DNA from: Candidatus Saccharimonadia bacterium
GTDB lineage: Bacteria > Patescibacteriota > Saccharimonadia > UBA4664
Length of the DNA stretch: 64,000 nucleotides
Direction: 5' to 3'
NCBI GenBank assembly: GCA_036488585.1
Contig: DASXHH010000021.1
Coordinates: 1,478 to 65,477 of the forward strand
How positions within the stretch are numbered: the first letter of the stretch is position 1; every line of letters begins with the position of its first letter. The notes beneath the pieces were generated by a model. That model had not been told where the DNA came from. It searched no databases and saw only the letters and a list, made by a program, of their open reading frames with translations. The position numbers and the translations under genes were made by a program. Shown piece by piece: positions 1-9,219 of this stretch.

Positions 1-476
1 GCCCCAAGGACACGAGCGTGGTCACCGGCGCCACTCAGTTCTTCCGCACCATCGGCGGCGCCATTGGCTCGAGCGTGCTCGGTACTGTCTTCAATAACCA
101 GCTCACCTCGAGTCTAGGCAATGTGCAGCTCACGCTCCCCCCCATCATCCCAGCGGACAAAGCTGCCCAACTTTCCAGCGCCCTACACAACCCCAACGTC
201 ATCGTCTCCCAAGACGCCCTGAATCAGATCTTCCACAGCATTCCGGCCCAGGCCATGCAGTTCATCAAACCAGCCATCGACCAGTATCTGGTGCTGTCTA
301 AGGATTCCATCACCTATGCTATTTCCATAGTGTTCACTGTCTCCATGGCCCTAGCCGCCATCGCGCTGGTGTTGTTCTACCTAGTTGAAGAGACCGAGCT
401 GCGCACCGGCCACGATCCGGCCCCGGCCAAGCCCGAAGAAGCCCGTCCTGAACACGGTTCGGCAGTCCACACTTAA
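1..476 (+). CDS. MFS-type transporter, C-terminal fragment (gene continues upstream of window)
   Basis: Open frame runs to the window edge. The hydrophobic TM-like segments and tail resemble the last helices of a DHA-type MFS efflux pump. Confidence 0.5.
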   Translation, partial: PKDTSVVTGATQFFRTIGGAIGSSVLGTVFNNQLTSSLGNVQLTLPPIIPADKAAQLSSALHNPNVIVSQDALNQIFHSIPAQAMQFIKPAIDQYLVLSKDSITYAISIVFTVSMALAAIALVLFYLVEETELRTGHDPAPAKPEEARPEHGSAVHT

Positions 477-486
477 ACGCGCGAGT

Positions 487-885
487 CTAGCCTAGCCAAT
501 CACTCGCGATCTTGAGGTCGTGCAGGATCAAATCAGCCTCTTGCTCATCAATCGGCGTCAGCACCTTGCGCTGAGCCAACACTACATCGTGCTCCCGGAC
601 CAGGTAGTGCTTAAAGTAATCGGCCTCGCCGCCCACATCCGAAGTAATCTCTAGCAGCCATTCAAACGGAGGCCGAGCACTGGGCTCAGTCACCGCTACC
701 CGCAACCGCTCGCTCTCATGCTTAATATCTACTTCATGCGCCACCACCCGCTCCTGGTCACCATCCATCGCAAAATCTTTGGCCTTAACGGCCCGCTTAG
801 CCTCGACTCTATCGTACAAATCCCGCGCCATCTTCAAAATCTCAGTGCGCATACTTCCTCCTACTGGCGGCCCAAACTCCCTCAT
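487..885 (-). CDS. hypothetical protein, possibly SRPBCC/Bet v1-like; its 4-nt start overlap with the tetR stop suggests co-transcription
   Basis: 132-aa ORF whose start overlaps the TetR stop (ATGA). The fold call rests on weak resemblance only. Confidence 0.4.
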   Translation of the reverse strand: MREFGPPVGGSMRTEILKMARDLYDRVEAKRAVKAKDFAMDGDQERVVAHEVDIKHESERLRVAVTEPSARPPFEWLLEITSDVGGEADYFKHYLVREHDVVLAQRKVLTPIDEQEADLILHDLKIASDWLG

Positions 886-1517
886 ACCGCAGATTCATTT
901 TTAACCATGGGCGTAAGATAGCATACTACCGCCAGATGTATCTCGTTTACTATAGCGTCCCGCTCCCTCCCACGAGCCTGCAAGGCTAGCGGCACGAGCC
1001 CAGTAATTATCCTCACACATACCCGTGCCCGCAGCTTCATCACGGCCGGCTTCTCATCTACATGGCGCCGGCGCCACCGATTAACCAACTGCTGAGCGTA
1101 CTCCTCCATCATTTGGTCCACCCTTACAGACAATGCTTTAGACGGCCTGGAAGTCGCCAAACTTTGCAAGAAAAACGGTCGTTGCTCCTGTTGCTTGATT
1201 ACATGGTCGATCATAAGGCGCATAAATGGCTCCATGTCCATGTCATCTCTTTCAGCCATATTCTTATCCAGGGTCTTTGTGACTTGCTCGATGTAGCGAT
1301 CGGCAATGGCCTCAAGAATCGTATCCTTGCCCGAAAAGAATTGGTACAGCGAGCCAATCGAAATTCCGGCCCGCGCCGCCACCGCATTGGTTGTTACGTT
1401 TTCAAAACCAGCCTCGGCAAACAACCCCTCGGCTACTCGCAAAATATGATCAACTTTACGCTGGCCCCGCGCCTGTTTCGGTTTGTGCCTTAGCGGCGAG
1501 TTGGATTCTTGGCTCAT
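882..1517 (-). CDS. TetR/AcrR family transcriptional regulator
   Basis: N-terminal HTH signature ...RVAEGLFAEAGFENVTTNAVAARAGISIGSLYQFF... is typical of TetR_N. Confidence 0.85.
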   Translation of the reverse strand: MSQESNSPLRHKPKQARGQRKVDHILRVAEGLFAEAGFENVTTNAVAARAGISIGSLYQFFSGKDTILEAIADRYIEQVTKTLDKNMAERDDMDMEPFMRLMIDHVIKQQEQRPFFLQSLATSRPSKALSVRVDQMMEEYAQQLVNRWRRRHVDEKPAVMKLRARVCVRIITGLVPLALQARGRERDAIVNEIHLAVVCYLTPMVKNESAV

Positions 1518-1578
1518 TTCTCTCCTGACAATATGATTGCTCGCTCACATTCAAACCCAGTGTACCATTCAAAGCCGC

Positions 1579-2013
1579 TCATTTGTGTTTTTTCAAAGCG
1601 TCGCGGATCTCTTCGAGCAACACGATCTGCGGTTCTTTCTTCTCTTCTTCCTTTTTTTGGTTACGATTCGCTAGTTTAATCAAATGATTCACCGGCTGCA
1701 CTACGAAGAAAAACACTACCGCCGCCATAATCAGGAAGGAAATCAGAGCGTTCAAGAAATCCCCGTACATAAACCGGCTTCTGTGAATGGTAAACACCAG
1801 ATTCGAAAAATCCGGTTTGCCACCGATGGCCGCAATCAAGGGCGTAATAATATCCTTCACCAGTGCGTTTACCACCGCGGTAAAGGCCGCGCCGATCACC
1901 ACCGCCACCGCCAGATCCACCACATTTCCGCGCAGCAGAAATTTCTTAAACTCGCCAATCGTATTTTGCAACAACGCCATAACTTTAGACGGTACCTCGT
2001 ATTTTGAGGGCAT
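1579..2013 (-). CDS. mscL: large-conductance mechanosensitive channel MscL
   Basis: GNVVDLAVAVVIGAAFTAVVNALVKDIITPLI motif, two TM helices and a charged C-terminal tail, about 144 aa. Confidence 0.9.
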   Translation of the reverse strand: MPSKYEVPSKVMALLQNTIGEFKKFLLRGNVVDLAVAVVIGAAFTAVVNALVKDIITPLIAAIGGKPDFSNLVFTIHRSRFMYGDFLNALISFLIMAAVVFFFVVQPVNHLIKLANRNQKKEEEKKEPQIVLLEEIRDALKKHK

Positions 2014-2029
2014 GGTAGCATGTCTTCGT

Positions 2030-2626
2030 ATGAACCGGCCAGCACCACGAGATCCCCAGACTTATGAATGGCTCACCGCGGACTGCCTCGAAGTAGCCCC
2101 CAAACTGCTCGGCTGGGAGTTAGTGTCACGAGTAGACGGCCTCGAAACCGGCGGCCGCATCGTTGAATGCGAGGCCTACCACGGCCTGGAAGACCCAGCC
2201 AGCCACGCCTTCCGCGGCCCCACCAAACGCACCGCCCCTATGTTTGAAGCCGGCGGCCAGGTGTACGTCTACCTCAGCTACGGCATCCACACTTGTATGA
2301 ACATTGTCACCGGCAGGGCAGGGGAGGGACAGGCGATTTTGCTCCGAGCACTCGAACCCACCATAGGCCTCGATGTAATGATCCGCCGCCGGGGAACCTC
2401 CGAACCACGCAATCTCTGTAGTGGTCCGGGCAAACTCACCCAGGCGCTCGGGATTGGGCTGACACTTAGTGGCGCCCGACTGGGCGAAACTCTGTTCCTG
2501 CGGCCTCCAGCCGTCCCTCACGACCCCGCCCTCGTAATCACCGGGCCACGAATCGGCATCACCAAGGCCCTGCACCATCCTTGGCGGTTCTACCTGCACG
2601 GCAATCCTCATATTTCCCGGCGCTAA
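2030..2626 (+). CDS. 3-methyladenine DNA glycosylase (Mpg/AAG family)
   Basis: YEWLTADCLEVAPKLLGWELV...GRIVECEAYHG...DPASHAFRG is the AAG-family signature. The start was set at the ATG at 2030, divergent from mscL. Confidence 0.8.
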   Translation: MNRPAPRDPQTYEWLTADCLEVAPKLLGWELVSRVDGLETGGRIVECEAYHGLEDPASHAFRGPTKRTAPMFEAGGQVYVYLSYGIHTCMNIVTGRAGEGQAILLRALEPTIGLDVMIRRRGTSEPRNLCSGPGKLTQALGIGLTLSGARLGETLFLRPPAVPHDPALVITGPRIGITKALHHPWRFYLHGNPHISRR

Positions 2627-2696
2627 CCAGTTTGACACAAAATTCGGATGGGGTCTGGCTCACACCGGACCCCATCCATTTCGGGGCAGCCGCAGA

Positions 2697-3128
2697 CTAG
2701 TCGCGCGACCGTTGTGACCTGGTCGTGGGATTGGCCCGCGCCGCACCCGTAGCCGCACCAGCCGTCCGTCGACCGGCACCCCTGGCCTGCCTAGCAGCAC
2801 TAGCTCCAGTCCCGCCAATCTTCTTGGCGGCCGTAGTGCTTGCCTCGGCCGTCTTCTTGGCGGCTGTCTCGCCGGCGCCGGCGGTCCGCCCGGCGGCTTC
2901 CTTGGCCGCCGCCGTACCCGCATTGACCTTTTCGGTCAAGCTGTGGGTAGCGTCGGCCAGCTTACCTACAACCGCATTGGACAAGTGCCGCATCATTATC
3001 TGTGGCAGTCTCTTAAGGACGTTGCGGGCCGCATAAGCTCCCGCCGCCCCGGCCGCGGACACTACCGCTGTGGCTACCGCCACCTTGGCTTTCCCGCGAC
3101 CATCGCCAGACTTCTTCTTTGCCATCAT
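2697..3128 (-). CDS. Ala/Lys-rich low-complexity hypothetical protein
   Basis: 143-aa ORF that is more than 40% Ala with a basic N-terminus (MMAKKKSGDGRGKAK). Both strands are open here, which is a high-GC artefact, so the strand choice is tentative. Confidence 0.4.
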   Translation of the reverse strand: MMAKKKSGDGRGKAKVAVATAVVSAAGAAGAYAARNVLKRLPQIMMRHLSNAVVGKLADATHSLTEKVNAGTAAAKEAAGRTAGAGETAAKKTAEASTTAAKKIGGTGASAARQARGAGRRTAGAATGAARANPTTRSQRSRD

Positions 3129-3417
3129 CGTCTCCTTTGCTCGCCGATGGCACTACGCACTCACGTTCCCACATGGGCCGTTAAGCGCTCCCTAGTTATC
3201 CATTTCCGGCCCATCCATGTCATGTATTTTTGCTACAAAAAACCAATTGCCATCCAGCCGGCAATCTGCCAACATAACTTACGTATGAATAACCGTACAT
3301 TTACCGAACATACCCACCACCGGCCACACCCTTGATGCGGCGGGCGCGCTAGTTCAAAGCCAACCAGGTCTCTGGCATGTCACCCGTGATATCGACGGTG
3401 ACACCATTGACGTCCAG

Positions 3418-3813
3418 ATGGGCACGCAGAAAGAACGGGTGCGATTTCTGGGCGTGGATACCCCCGAAACCCATGATCCGCGCAAACCCGTCCAATGCTT
3501 CGGCCTCATCGCCGCCACCCACACCCAGCAGCTCGTGGAGGGCAAGGACGTCCGTCTCGAACCTGACCCCGAAGACTCCGATCGTGATAAATACGGCCGC
3601 CTTCTGCGCTACGTCTACCTACCCGACGGCACCCTCGTGAACGCCGAGCTCATTAAGGACGGCTACGGCTTCGCCTACACTATATTCCCGATCACTAAGC
3701 TGTCGGACTTCCGCGCTCTCGAAGCCGACGCCCGCAGCCACAACCGCGGCCTCTGGGCCGACTGTAATGTCGATTCATCCCAGCAAGTCAAGCAAACCTC
3801 AGGTGCTAAGTAA
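3418..3813 (+). pseudogene. thermonuclease (SNase-like), N-terminally truncated or using a non-canonical start
   Basis: FLGVDTPE...GRLLRYVYLPDGTLVNAELIKDGYG is the SNase signature. An in-frame upstream segment (from 3289) encodes the conserved IDGDTIDV strand but has no ATG/GTG/TTG start and no signal peptide. Confidence 0.6.
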
Positions 3814-3883
3814 CGCTCTGCGTGGGCTTTTGCTAAAGTATATTAGTCCAACGCAATTGCTCGACAACTGCCCTGGAGGCACC

Positions 3884-4345
3884 ATGTTCGCGCGCCTACC
3901 CACGCTCCCCACAAGTTTCGCGGCCCTATACTCCGATCTAGGGTTCGCTATATCCGCCCTCGTCGCCCTACCGTATGAGGAACTCTGGGAACAAAACCCA
4001 CAGCAGAACCGCGAGAGCCTGGTCAATTTGACCGAGCGGCTACTGTTCATGCTTATAGACGTTCGATACGTCGGTGAGCCAGCGCCGGGCATCCTCCACC
4101 AGTTCGCAGCCGAACTAGCCAAGCGCACTCCCAAGCCGTCCGCTACGTCCATGCGCAATGGCGAGCACCAAACGTACGCTGTGCGCCATCTCCATAGCCA
4201 GCTGGACTACCTCCTGGGTCTTGAGCGCCAGTGGACGCTACGCCAGCCGCATGTCCAGGACATGATCAACGAACTCGTCCTCGGTGAAGGCGCCCGCAAG
4301 GGGCGCCTGGTAGCGGTGCGTCGGGCTATCCACCGGTACGCTTAA
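3884..4345 (+). CDS. hypothetical protein
   Basis: ORF 3767..4345. An internal Met at 3884 was chosen to avoid overlapping the nuclease. Confidence 0.4.
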   Translation: MFARLPTLPTSFAALYSDLGFAISALVALPYEELWEQNPQQNRESLVNLTERLLFMLIDVRYVGEPAPGILHQFAAELAKRTPKPSATSMRNGEHQTYAVRHLHSQLDYLLGLERQWTLRQPHVQDMINELVLGEGARKGRLVAVRRAIHRYA

Positions 4346-4401
4346 CTTGTGGTCACATCAGCCTCTGTCTCGCCATCGGCGGGACAGAGGCTGCATCCGT
4401 T

Positions 4402-4788
4402 TTATCCGGATACCTCTTTCCCTAACTTTGCGCTCACCACCACCTGCAGTGTCTCACCATCCGGCGTGGTCAACTGTGTTTCGCCCGACTCGCGGAAAAA
4501 GGTCACTAAATGGTGGCTCATAATTTCCTGCAAGTCCGTCAGTTTAAACTTCAATTCCTCGAGCTCCGAGTTCACCACCTGATAATCCTTGTCAGCTTCC
4601 AGCAGCTTTTTAGCTGTAGCCCGCTTCTCGCCAGCCTCCTTCAGCTCTTCCTGGATCGCCCGGTACTCTTCGTTCTGGTCGGCAATATCCTTTAGGTCGT
4701 CCTTGATCTTCTTCATCTTGCCCCGCGTTTCAGCCAGCTCCAACATTAACCGGTGAATTGCATCAAGGGTGGTCTTATCCTCTTCCAT
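4402..4788 (-). CDS. coiled-coil hypothetical protein
   Basis: 128 aa that are highly charged, with K/E/L heptad-like periodicity. Confidence 0.5.
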   Translation of the reverse strand: MEEDKTTLDAIHRLMLELAETRGKMKKIKDDLKDIADQNEEYRAIQEELKEAGEKRATAKKLLEADKDYQVVNSELEELKFKLTDLQEIMSHHLVTFFRESGETQLTTPDGETLQVVVSAKLGKEVSG

Positions 4789-4830
4789 GGGCTCCCGTCA
4801 GATTAAAATCGTTAGCGATATAATAGCATT

Positions 4831-5238
4831 ATGCATCCTGAACGCGATATCCGTAGCGTCCGCTTCGTCGGCAGCCTGTCCCTAATGCTAGGCATGGTAC
4901 TCATGATCCTAACATTGGTAGCCGCTTTGTTTGCCTTGCTTTCCGGTATTGGCAGCGACCAAGGCAGTATCGTGCATTGGGCCATCCTGTTTATCGTGGC
5001 GCTCGTAATGGCCGCTACCATGATGGGCTGCGGCGCCCAGCTGCAACGTGCGCGCAACGTTGGCTACGCCGACATCGAGAACATCCGCATGATCTGGACT
5101 TCCGAGGTGATAGTAATGGCACTCGGCATCGTCCTCTCCATCAGCAATGTCCCACCCCTCGGCTGGGTAGGCATCCTCATGCTAGTTCTGCTCTTTACCA
5201 TCCGCGGCGCCATCATCAGGCTCAGCGGCCGGTTCTAA
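4831..5238 (+). CDS. small integral membrane protein (3-4 TM)
   Basis: Hydrophobic helices LMLGMVLMILTLVAALFALL, AILFIVALVMAATMMG and VIVMALGIVLSISNV. Confidence 0.5.
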   Translation: MHPERDIRSVRFVGSLSLMLGMVLMILTLVAALFALLSGIGSDQGSIVHWAILFIVALVMAATMMGCGAQLQRARNVGYADIENIRMIWTSEVIVMALGIVLSISNVPPLGWVGILMLVLLFTIRGAIIRLSGRF

Positions 5239-5259
5239 ACTACAAAAAAGCGTAGCCGA

Positions 5260-6462
5260 CTATTTCGGCCCCACCAGGGTCAGCTCGATCTCGGCTCGTG
5301 TCACGGCTGTGTATAGCCACCGCCGCCAATCCTCGTCACTCGAACGCGCGAACCGCTCCTCAAACACCAACACTCGCTCCGCTTGCGAACCCTGAGCCTT
5401 GTGCACCGTCAGCGCGTATCCAAAATCCCACAGGTCGCCGCGCTCGCCGTCCGGTCCCAGTGGCACGTCCTTCACCGTTTCCTTAGCGCCAAATTGCGCC
5501 CGCCATACATATCCCGTGTAGGTATAATCCTCGCCTTCAAGCTCAATTTCAGCCTCATACCACAGGATGCCGTCCTCGCCCAGAGCCGGCACCATCCGCA
5601 CCACCCGGCCGATCATGCCGTTAAAGATGTGCTTGGACCGGTTATTGCGCAAACACACCACTTGGTCGCCCGACTGCGGCTCCGGCGATTCCACGTCGCG
5701 CATCTGGCGCATGGCCGCGTTTAGCTTCACGCGCGTAGCGTTGTACCCGCACAACACCAACAAATCCGGCCGCCAACTCTCCAATAATTCCTGCACCATC
5801 ACACCCGTCTCAGGCAGCGCCCGGTCGAGCTTACGCACCCCCGATCCAAACTCCTGTACCGGTACCACGCCAGTTTCGCGCGCCAACGTCGCCACCTCGA
5901 TGATCGGCGAGCCGGCCGCCTGCCGCCAAATCCGGTCCAGCCGCACTTGAGGCTCGCCCATGAGGTTAAAATTCGAGCCCACCGGCGGCAACTGGCCATG
6001 ATCGCCCACCGCCAAAATCGGTATGCCAAAGCTCAACAAATCCTCCCAGATCGCCTTGTCCACCATACTGGCCTCATCCACGATAATCAGATCACGCTCC
6101 AGTTTGTCTTTGCGCACCCACCGCGGTGGTCCGCCGCCCGGGTTATCCTCAGTCGTATAAATCAGCGAGTGAATGGTCGACACCGAATCGCCTCGGCGCA
6201 TCACCCGCGTACTCCGCAGCTTCTCCTGCAACACTCGCGTGGCCTTACCGGTGTAGGCGCAAAACGCCACGCTGGCATCCTCATCATGCTCCTTGAGAGC
6301 CTTCCGCAAATAGGCGATCAGCGTGGTTTTGCCCGTGCCGGCATACCCTCCCAACGTCAAATAGGGCGCCGATTTGGTCCTGTACCAAGCCCCAATCTGG
6401 CGCAGAGCATTAGCTTGATCTGTCGACAGGGTATAGCTCATTGCCAAAACATTATGCCACAA
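5260..6462 (-). CDS. RecD/Dda-like ATP-dependent DNA helicase (AAA_30 plus UvrD_C_2-like)
   Basis: Walker A GGYAGTGKTT, Walker B LIIVDEASMV, GDHGQLPPV and a C-terminal LTVHKAQGSQAERVLV...TAVTRAEIEL motif. Confidence 0.8.
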   Translation of the reverse strand: MWHNVLAMSYTLSTDQANALRQIGAWYRTKSAPYLTLGGYAGTGKTTLIAYLRKALKEHDEDASVAFCAYTGKATRVLQEKLRSTRVMRRGDSVSTIHSLIYTTEDNPGGGPPRWVRKDKLERDLIIVDEASMVDKAIWEDLLSFGIPILAVGDHGQLPPVGSNFNLMGEPQVRLDRIWRQAAGSPIIEVATLARETGVVPVQEFGSGVRKLDRALPETGVMVQELLESWRPDLLVLCGYNATRVKLNAAMRQMRDVESPEPQSGDQVVCLRNNRSKHIFNGMIGRVVRMVPALGEDGILWYEAEIELEGEDYTYTGYVWRAQFGAKETVKDVPLGPDGERGDLWDFGYALTVHKAQGSQAERVLVFEERFARSSDEDWRRWLYTAVTRAEIELTLVGPK

Positions 6463-6543
6463 TCACCATCCCGCTTGGATAAACCACCAGTGCTTGGACC
6501 CACCGCCTGCCGGTATGCTCGGAACACTTAATGGTGGAGGGCC

Positions 6544-6786
6544 ATGATGAGCGAGAAGGATGTGGTGTGGCAGGAGCGCCGGCTGGAGGAGATTTTATTC
6601 TCCAACACGGATCCCGTCAGCAAAGTCCAACAAATAATTAGACTGGGCTTCGACCCCGAAGTGGCCGACGAAATCGTGGAGCGGCACCAAATTGGCGCCC
6701 ACGCCCCGCTCTACTACGAGCGGCTAGACTTCGCCGACCTCGACGATGAGGTACCAGGGGACGAAAACCAGGCCCCGAGGCAGTAA
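6544..6786 (+). CDS. small acidic hypothetical protein
   Basis: 80-aa ORF divergent from the helicase, followed by an intrinsic terminator. Confidence 0.4.
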   Translation: MMSEKDVVWQERRLEEILFSNTDPVSKVQQIIRLGFDPEVADEIVERHQIGAHAPLYYERLDFADLDDEVPGDENQAPRQ

Positions 6787-6838
6787 CCATGACCCGGCTA
6801 CGTGGGGTCGCCGGACATGACTGAACTGCCAGATCAAT

Positions 6839-6872
6839 AAACGCCTCCAGGCTCGCGGAGGCGTTTATTTTT
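6839..6872 (+). terminator. rho-independent terminator (AAACGCCTCC / GGAGGCGTTT stem plus T-run)
   Basis: 10-bp perfect stem with an 8-nt loop, followed by TATTTTT. Confidence 0.8.
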
Positions 6873-6893
6873 GCCTTCAGGTATAATTAAGCC

Positions 6894-7754
6894 ATGAAAC
6901 TAGGTATGCACATCGCCACCGCCGGCAACATCATTGGCGCTCCCGCCCGCGCCGCCGCCATGGGCGCCGAAACCATCCAGGTCTTTGCCTCAAACCCACG
7001 CGGTTGGCGACCCACCAATTACACCTCAGAGCAAGCATCCGCATTTAAATCCGCGGCCACCGAGTCCAACATTAATCCTATTTGGATGCACATGATTTAT
7101 CTGGTGTCGTATGGCACCCCCGATGACGAGTTACGCGGCAAATCGGTAACGGCCATGCGCGCTGCTCTCGCCAACGCCGATCTGTTGGGAGTGCACGGCG
7201 TAGTCACGCACATGGGCTCGCACAAAGGCCTCGGCTTCCACCAGGCGGTCGACCGCACCGTAGACTCCATCACTCAGGCACTCGACGCCTCCGAGCGCAG
7301 CCTATTTATCCTCGAAAACTCAGCTGGTCAAGGTGGCACCATGGGCAATTCGCTCGAAGAACTAGCTGCCATTATCGATGGCATGAAAGGCCACCCGCGC
7401 CTGGCCGTCTGCATCGACACCTGCCACGCCCTGGCCGCCGGCTACGAAATCCGCACCGCCGAGGGCCTCGACGGGTTCCTGGCCGATTTCGACCGCCTCA
7501 TCGGCCTAAATCGCCTCGTTTGTATGCACCTAAACGACTCCAAAGCCGACCTCGGCTCCCACCTCGACCGTCACGAAAACATTGGCTACGGCCACATCGG
7601 CGACGAGGGTTTCCGCCGCATCATTAACCACCCCAAGCTCGCACACGCCTCGGGCCTACTCGAAGTACCCGGCATGGACGGCAAATCCGGACCCGATGAG
7701 GCCAACATGCACCGCCTTCTCAACCTCCGCGCTATTTCGCAACACTTGACATAG
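6894..7754 (+). CDS. nfo: endonuclease IV (AP endonuclease family 2)
   Basis: Xylose-isomerase-like TIM barrel. It carries Nfo metal-ligand motifs (VTHMGSH..., CIDTCHALAAGY, HLNDSK). Confidence 0.85.
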   Translation: MKLGMHIATAGNIIGAPARAAAMGAETIQVFASNPRGWRPTNYTSEQASAFKSAATESNINPIWMHMIYLVSYGTPDDELRGKSVTAMRAALANADLLGVHGVVTHMGSHKGLGFHQAVDRTVDSITQALDASERSLFILENSAGQGGTMGNSLEELAAIIDGMKGHPRLAVCIDTCHALAAGYEIRTAEGLDGFLADFDRLIGLNRLVCMHLNDSKADLGSHLDRHENIGYGHIGDEGFRRIINHPKLAHASGLLEVPGMDGKSGPDEANMHRLLNLRAISQHLT

Positions 7755-7807
7755 TTCGAAAAATATTCCAGAATTTCAGTTATGGCACGTCGAAAGGTGG
7801 TTTTACG

Positions 7808-8185
7808 ATGCCTGCCAAAGAACCTCCATCATACGCCATTCTTGTGCTCGAGCGATCGCACGCACTTCTAACCCTCTGCACGGTTCTCCGAGACGCCGGC
7901 ATCACTCCATTCGCCACCCCCGATCCAGACGAGATCCGAGCCTGGCTCCACATAACCGACCCAAGGGCGAAACTTGTAGCCATCGTCATCGGTGACCACG
8001 TTCACCAAGCTACCCAACTGCTAAACGAGCTCGCTCCGACCGGCTGGCTACCCCGGATCGCCGTCTCCAACTCGCATGAGTGGTTGCTCGAAATGGTAAG
8101 GGGCTCATTCAACGAAGGCTGTCCTGCCAACCAGCTAACAGCCGTACTCCTTTACGCCCTCCGGCTTTCGCCGGAATTCGCCTAG
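7808..8185 (+). CDS. hypothetical protein
   Basis: 125-aa ORF with no recognisable motif. Confidence 0.35.
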   Translation: MPAKEPPSYAILVLERSHALLTLCTVLRDAGITPFATPDPDEIRAWLHITDPRAKLVAIVIGDHVHQATQLLNELAPTGWLPRIAVSNSHEWLLEMVRGSFNEGCPANQLTAVLLYALRLSPEFA

Positions 8186-8189
8186 CAGC

Positions 8190-8224
8190 CCCCTGAGACC
8201 CCACGCCACGTGGGGTCTCAGGGG
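8190..8224. terminator. perfect 16-bp palindrome (CCCCTGAGACCCCACG cca CGTGGGGTCTCAGGGG), probably a terminator or operator
   Basis: Seen directly, starting 5 nt after the stop of the 7808..8185 ORF. There is no U-tract. Confidence 0.5.
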
Positions 8225-8260
8225 TGCTCACCACATTTACAGATATAATTTGACGACGCA

Positions 8261-9139
8261 GTGAGTAACCCACCCCAATTCATCAAGCAGGAAGCCGAAC
8301 CGCTCTTCCCCAATATCCTGTATAACCGGCCTATCACCCGCACTGGTGCTGGCCGGCTACTCCTGCCCGGTGGCCATAGCGGCGAGTTTAGCCTACCAGC
8401 GGCCATCCAGCAGCTCGCTCTAGCAGCCGGAGTAGGGGAGTGCCAAGTAGTCTTGCCTGATGTACTGGCCAAATTTCTCGGTGGCGCACCGGGCACCTTC
8501 TTCGCCGCTTCCACTTCGTCGGGTTCGCTCGGACGCGAAGCCCTCGGCCGTATCTTGGAGCTATCCGAGGAGGTCGACGCCGTGGCACTGGGCGCCAGCC
8601 TCTCGAACAATTCGAACACCACCATTCTCCTCGACAGGTTAATAGCCGAAATCGCCCGTCCGCTTATTGTCTTCGACGAAGCTCTCTCCAGCCTCGGTGC
8701 CAGCATCGCCACGGTCACTAACAATCCCGACGCGCTCATCATTATCACCATGGCCGAGGCCTTCAAAATCTGTGGGCATCTCCAGGTACCCATCCACATT
8801 CGCCGCGACGCCGGACTCATGAACAAGCTCGAAATCGTTCAAGACCTCAAAGCCGCCTCGCGCTGCCAATACGTTGTGTACGGCACCGAAATTATCGTGG
8901 CCGCCGACACCGAACTCATCGTTACCCCCATCAATTACCGGTTGTCGCTCGTTCCCGCCCTGTTTTACGCAGTTCTAAGCACCTTCTGGCTGCAAAACCG
9001 CACCAACCACCGCGCCGGCCTGGCCACCGCTGCATATCTGATTAGCCGCCTCGGACCCAGCATTGGCGCCACCGACCGCCCCGCTGTTTCAGATCTGGCT
9101 GCCGCTCTCGATCAAGAGCTTAACAAAGAGCAGTTTTAA
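8261..9139 (+). CDS. YjeF_C / NAD(P)H-hydrate dehydratase-like domain protein, apparently degenerate
   Basis: Collinear with the Nnr2 fold (TGAGRLLLPGG...AAIQQLALAAGVG, DAVALGASL, LIVFDEAL). It lacks the GSGDVL(A/S)G nucleotide-binding motif near the C-terminus. Confidence 0.45.
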   Translation: MSNPPQFIKQEAEPLFPNILYNRPITRTGAGRLLLPGGHSGEFSLPAAIQQLALAAGVGECQVVLPDVLAKFLGGAPGTFFAASTSSGSLGREALGRILELSEEVDAVALGASLSNNSNTTILLDRLIAEIARPLIVFDEALSSLGASIATVTNNPDALIIITMAEAFKICGHLQVPIHIRRDAGLMNKLEIVQDLKAASRCQYVVYGTEIIVAADTELIVTPINYRLSLVPALFYAVLSTFWLQNRTNHRAGLATAAYLISRLGPSIGATDRPAVSDLAAALDQELNKEQF

Positions 9140-9219
9140 CACTCTTGCCCTATTCCGTCAAACCTGTTAAGGTATACCGACTGATCTTCCAGATAGCACC
9201 CAACCTGGCCAAGGAGGTC

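Noticed and set aside
8218-8826. 202-aa antisense ORF (and similar ORFs at 13437..13880, 25612..26070, 34970..35248 and 37484..38200)
   Set aside because: These are shadow ORFs opposite well-supported genes. They have low-complexity, Arg/Pro/Gly-rich translations typical of the high-GC antisense strand.
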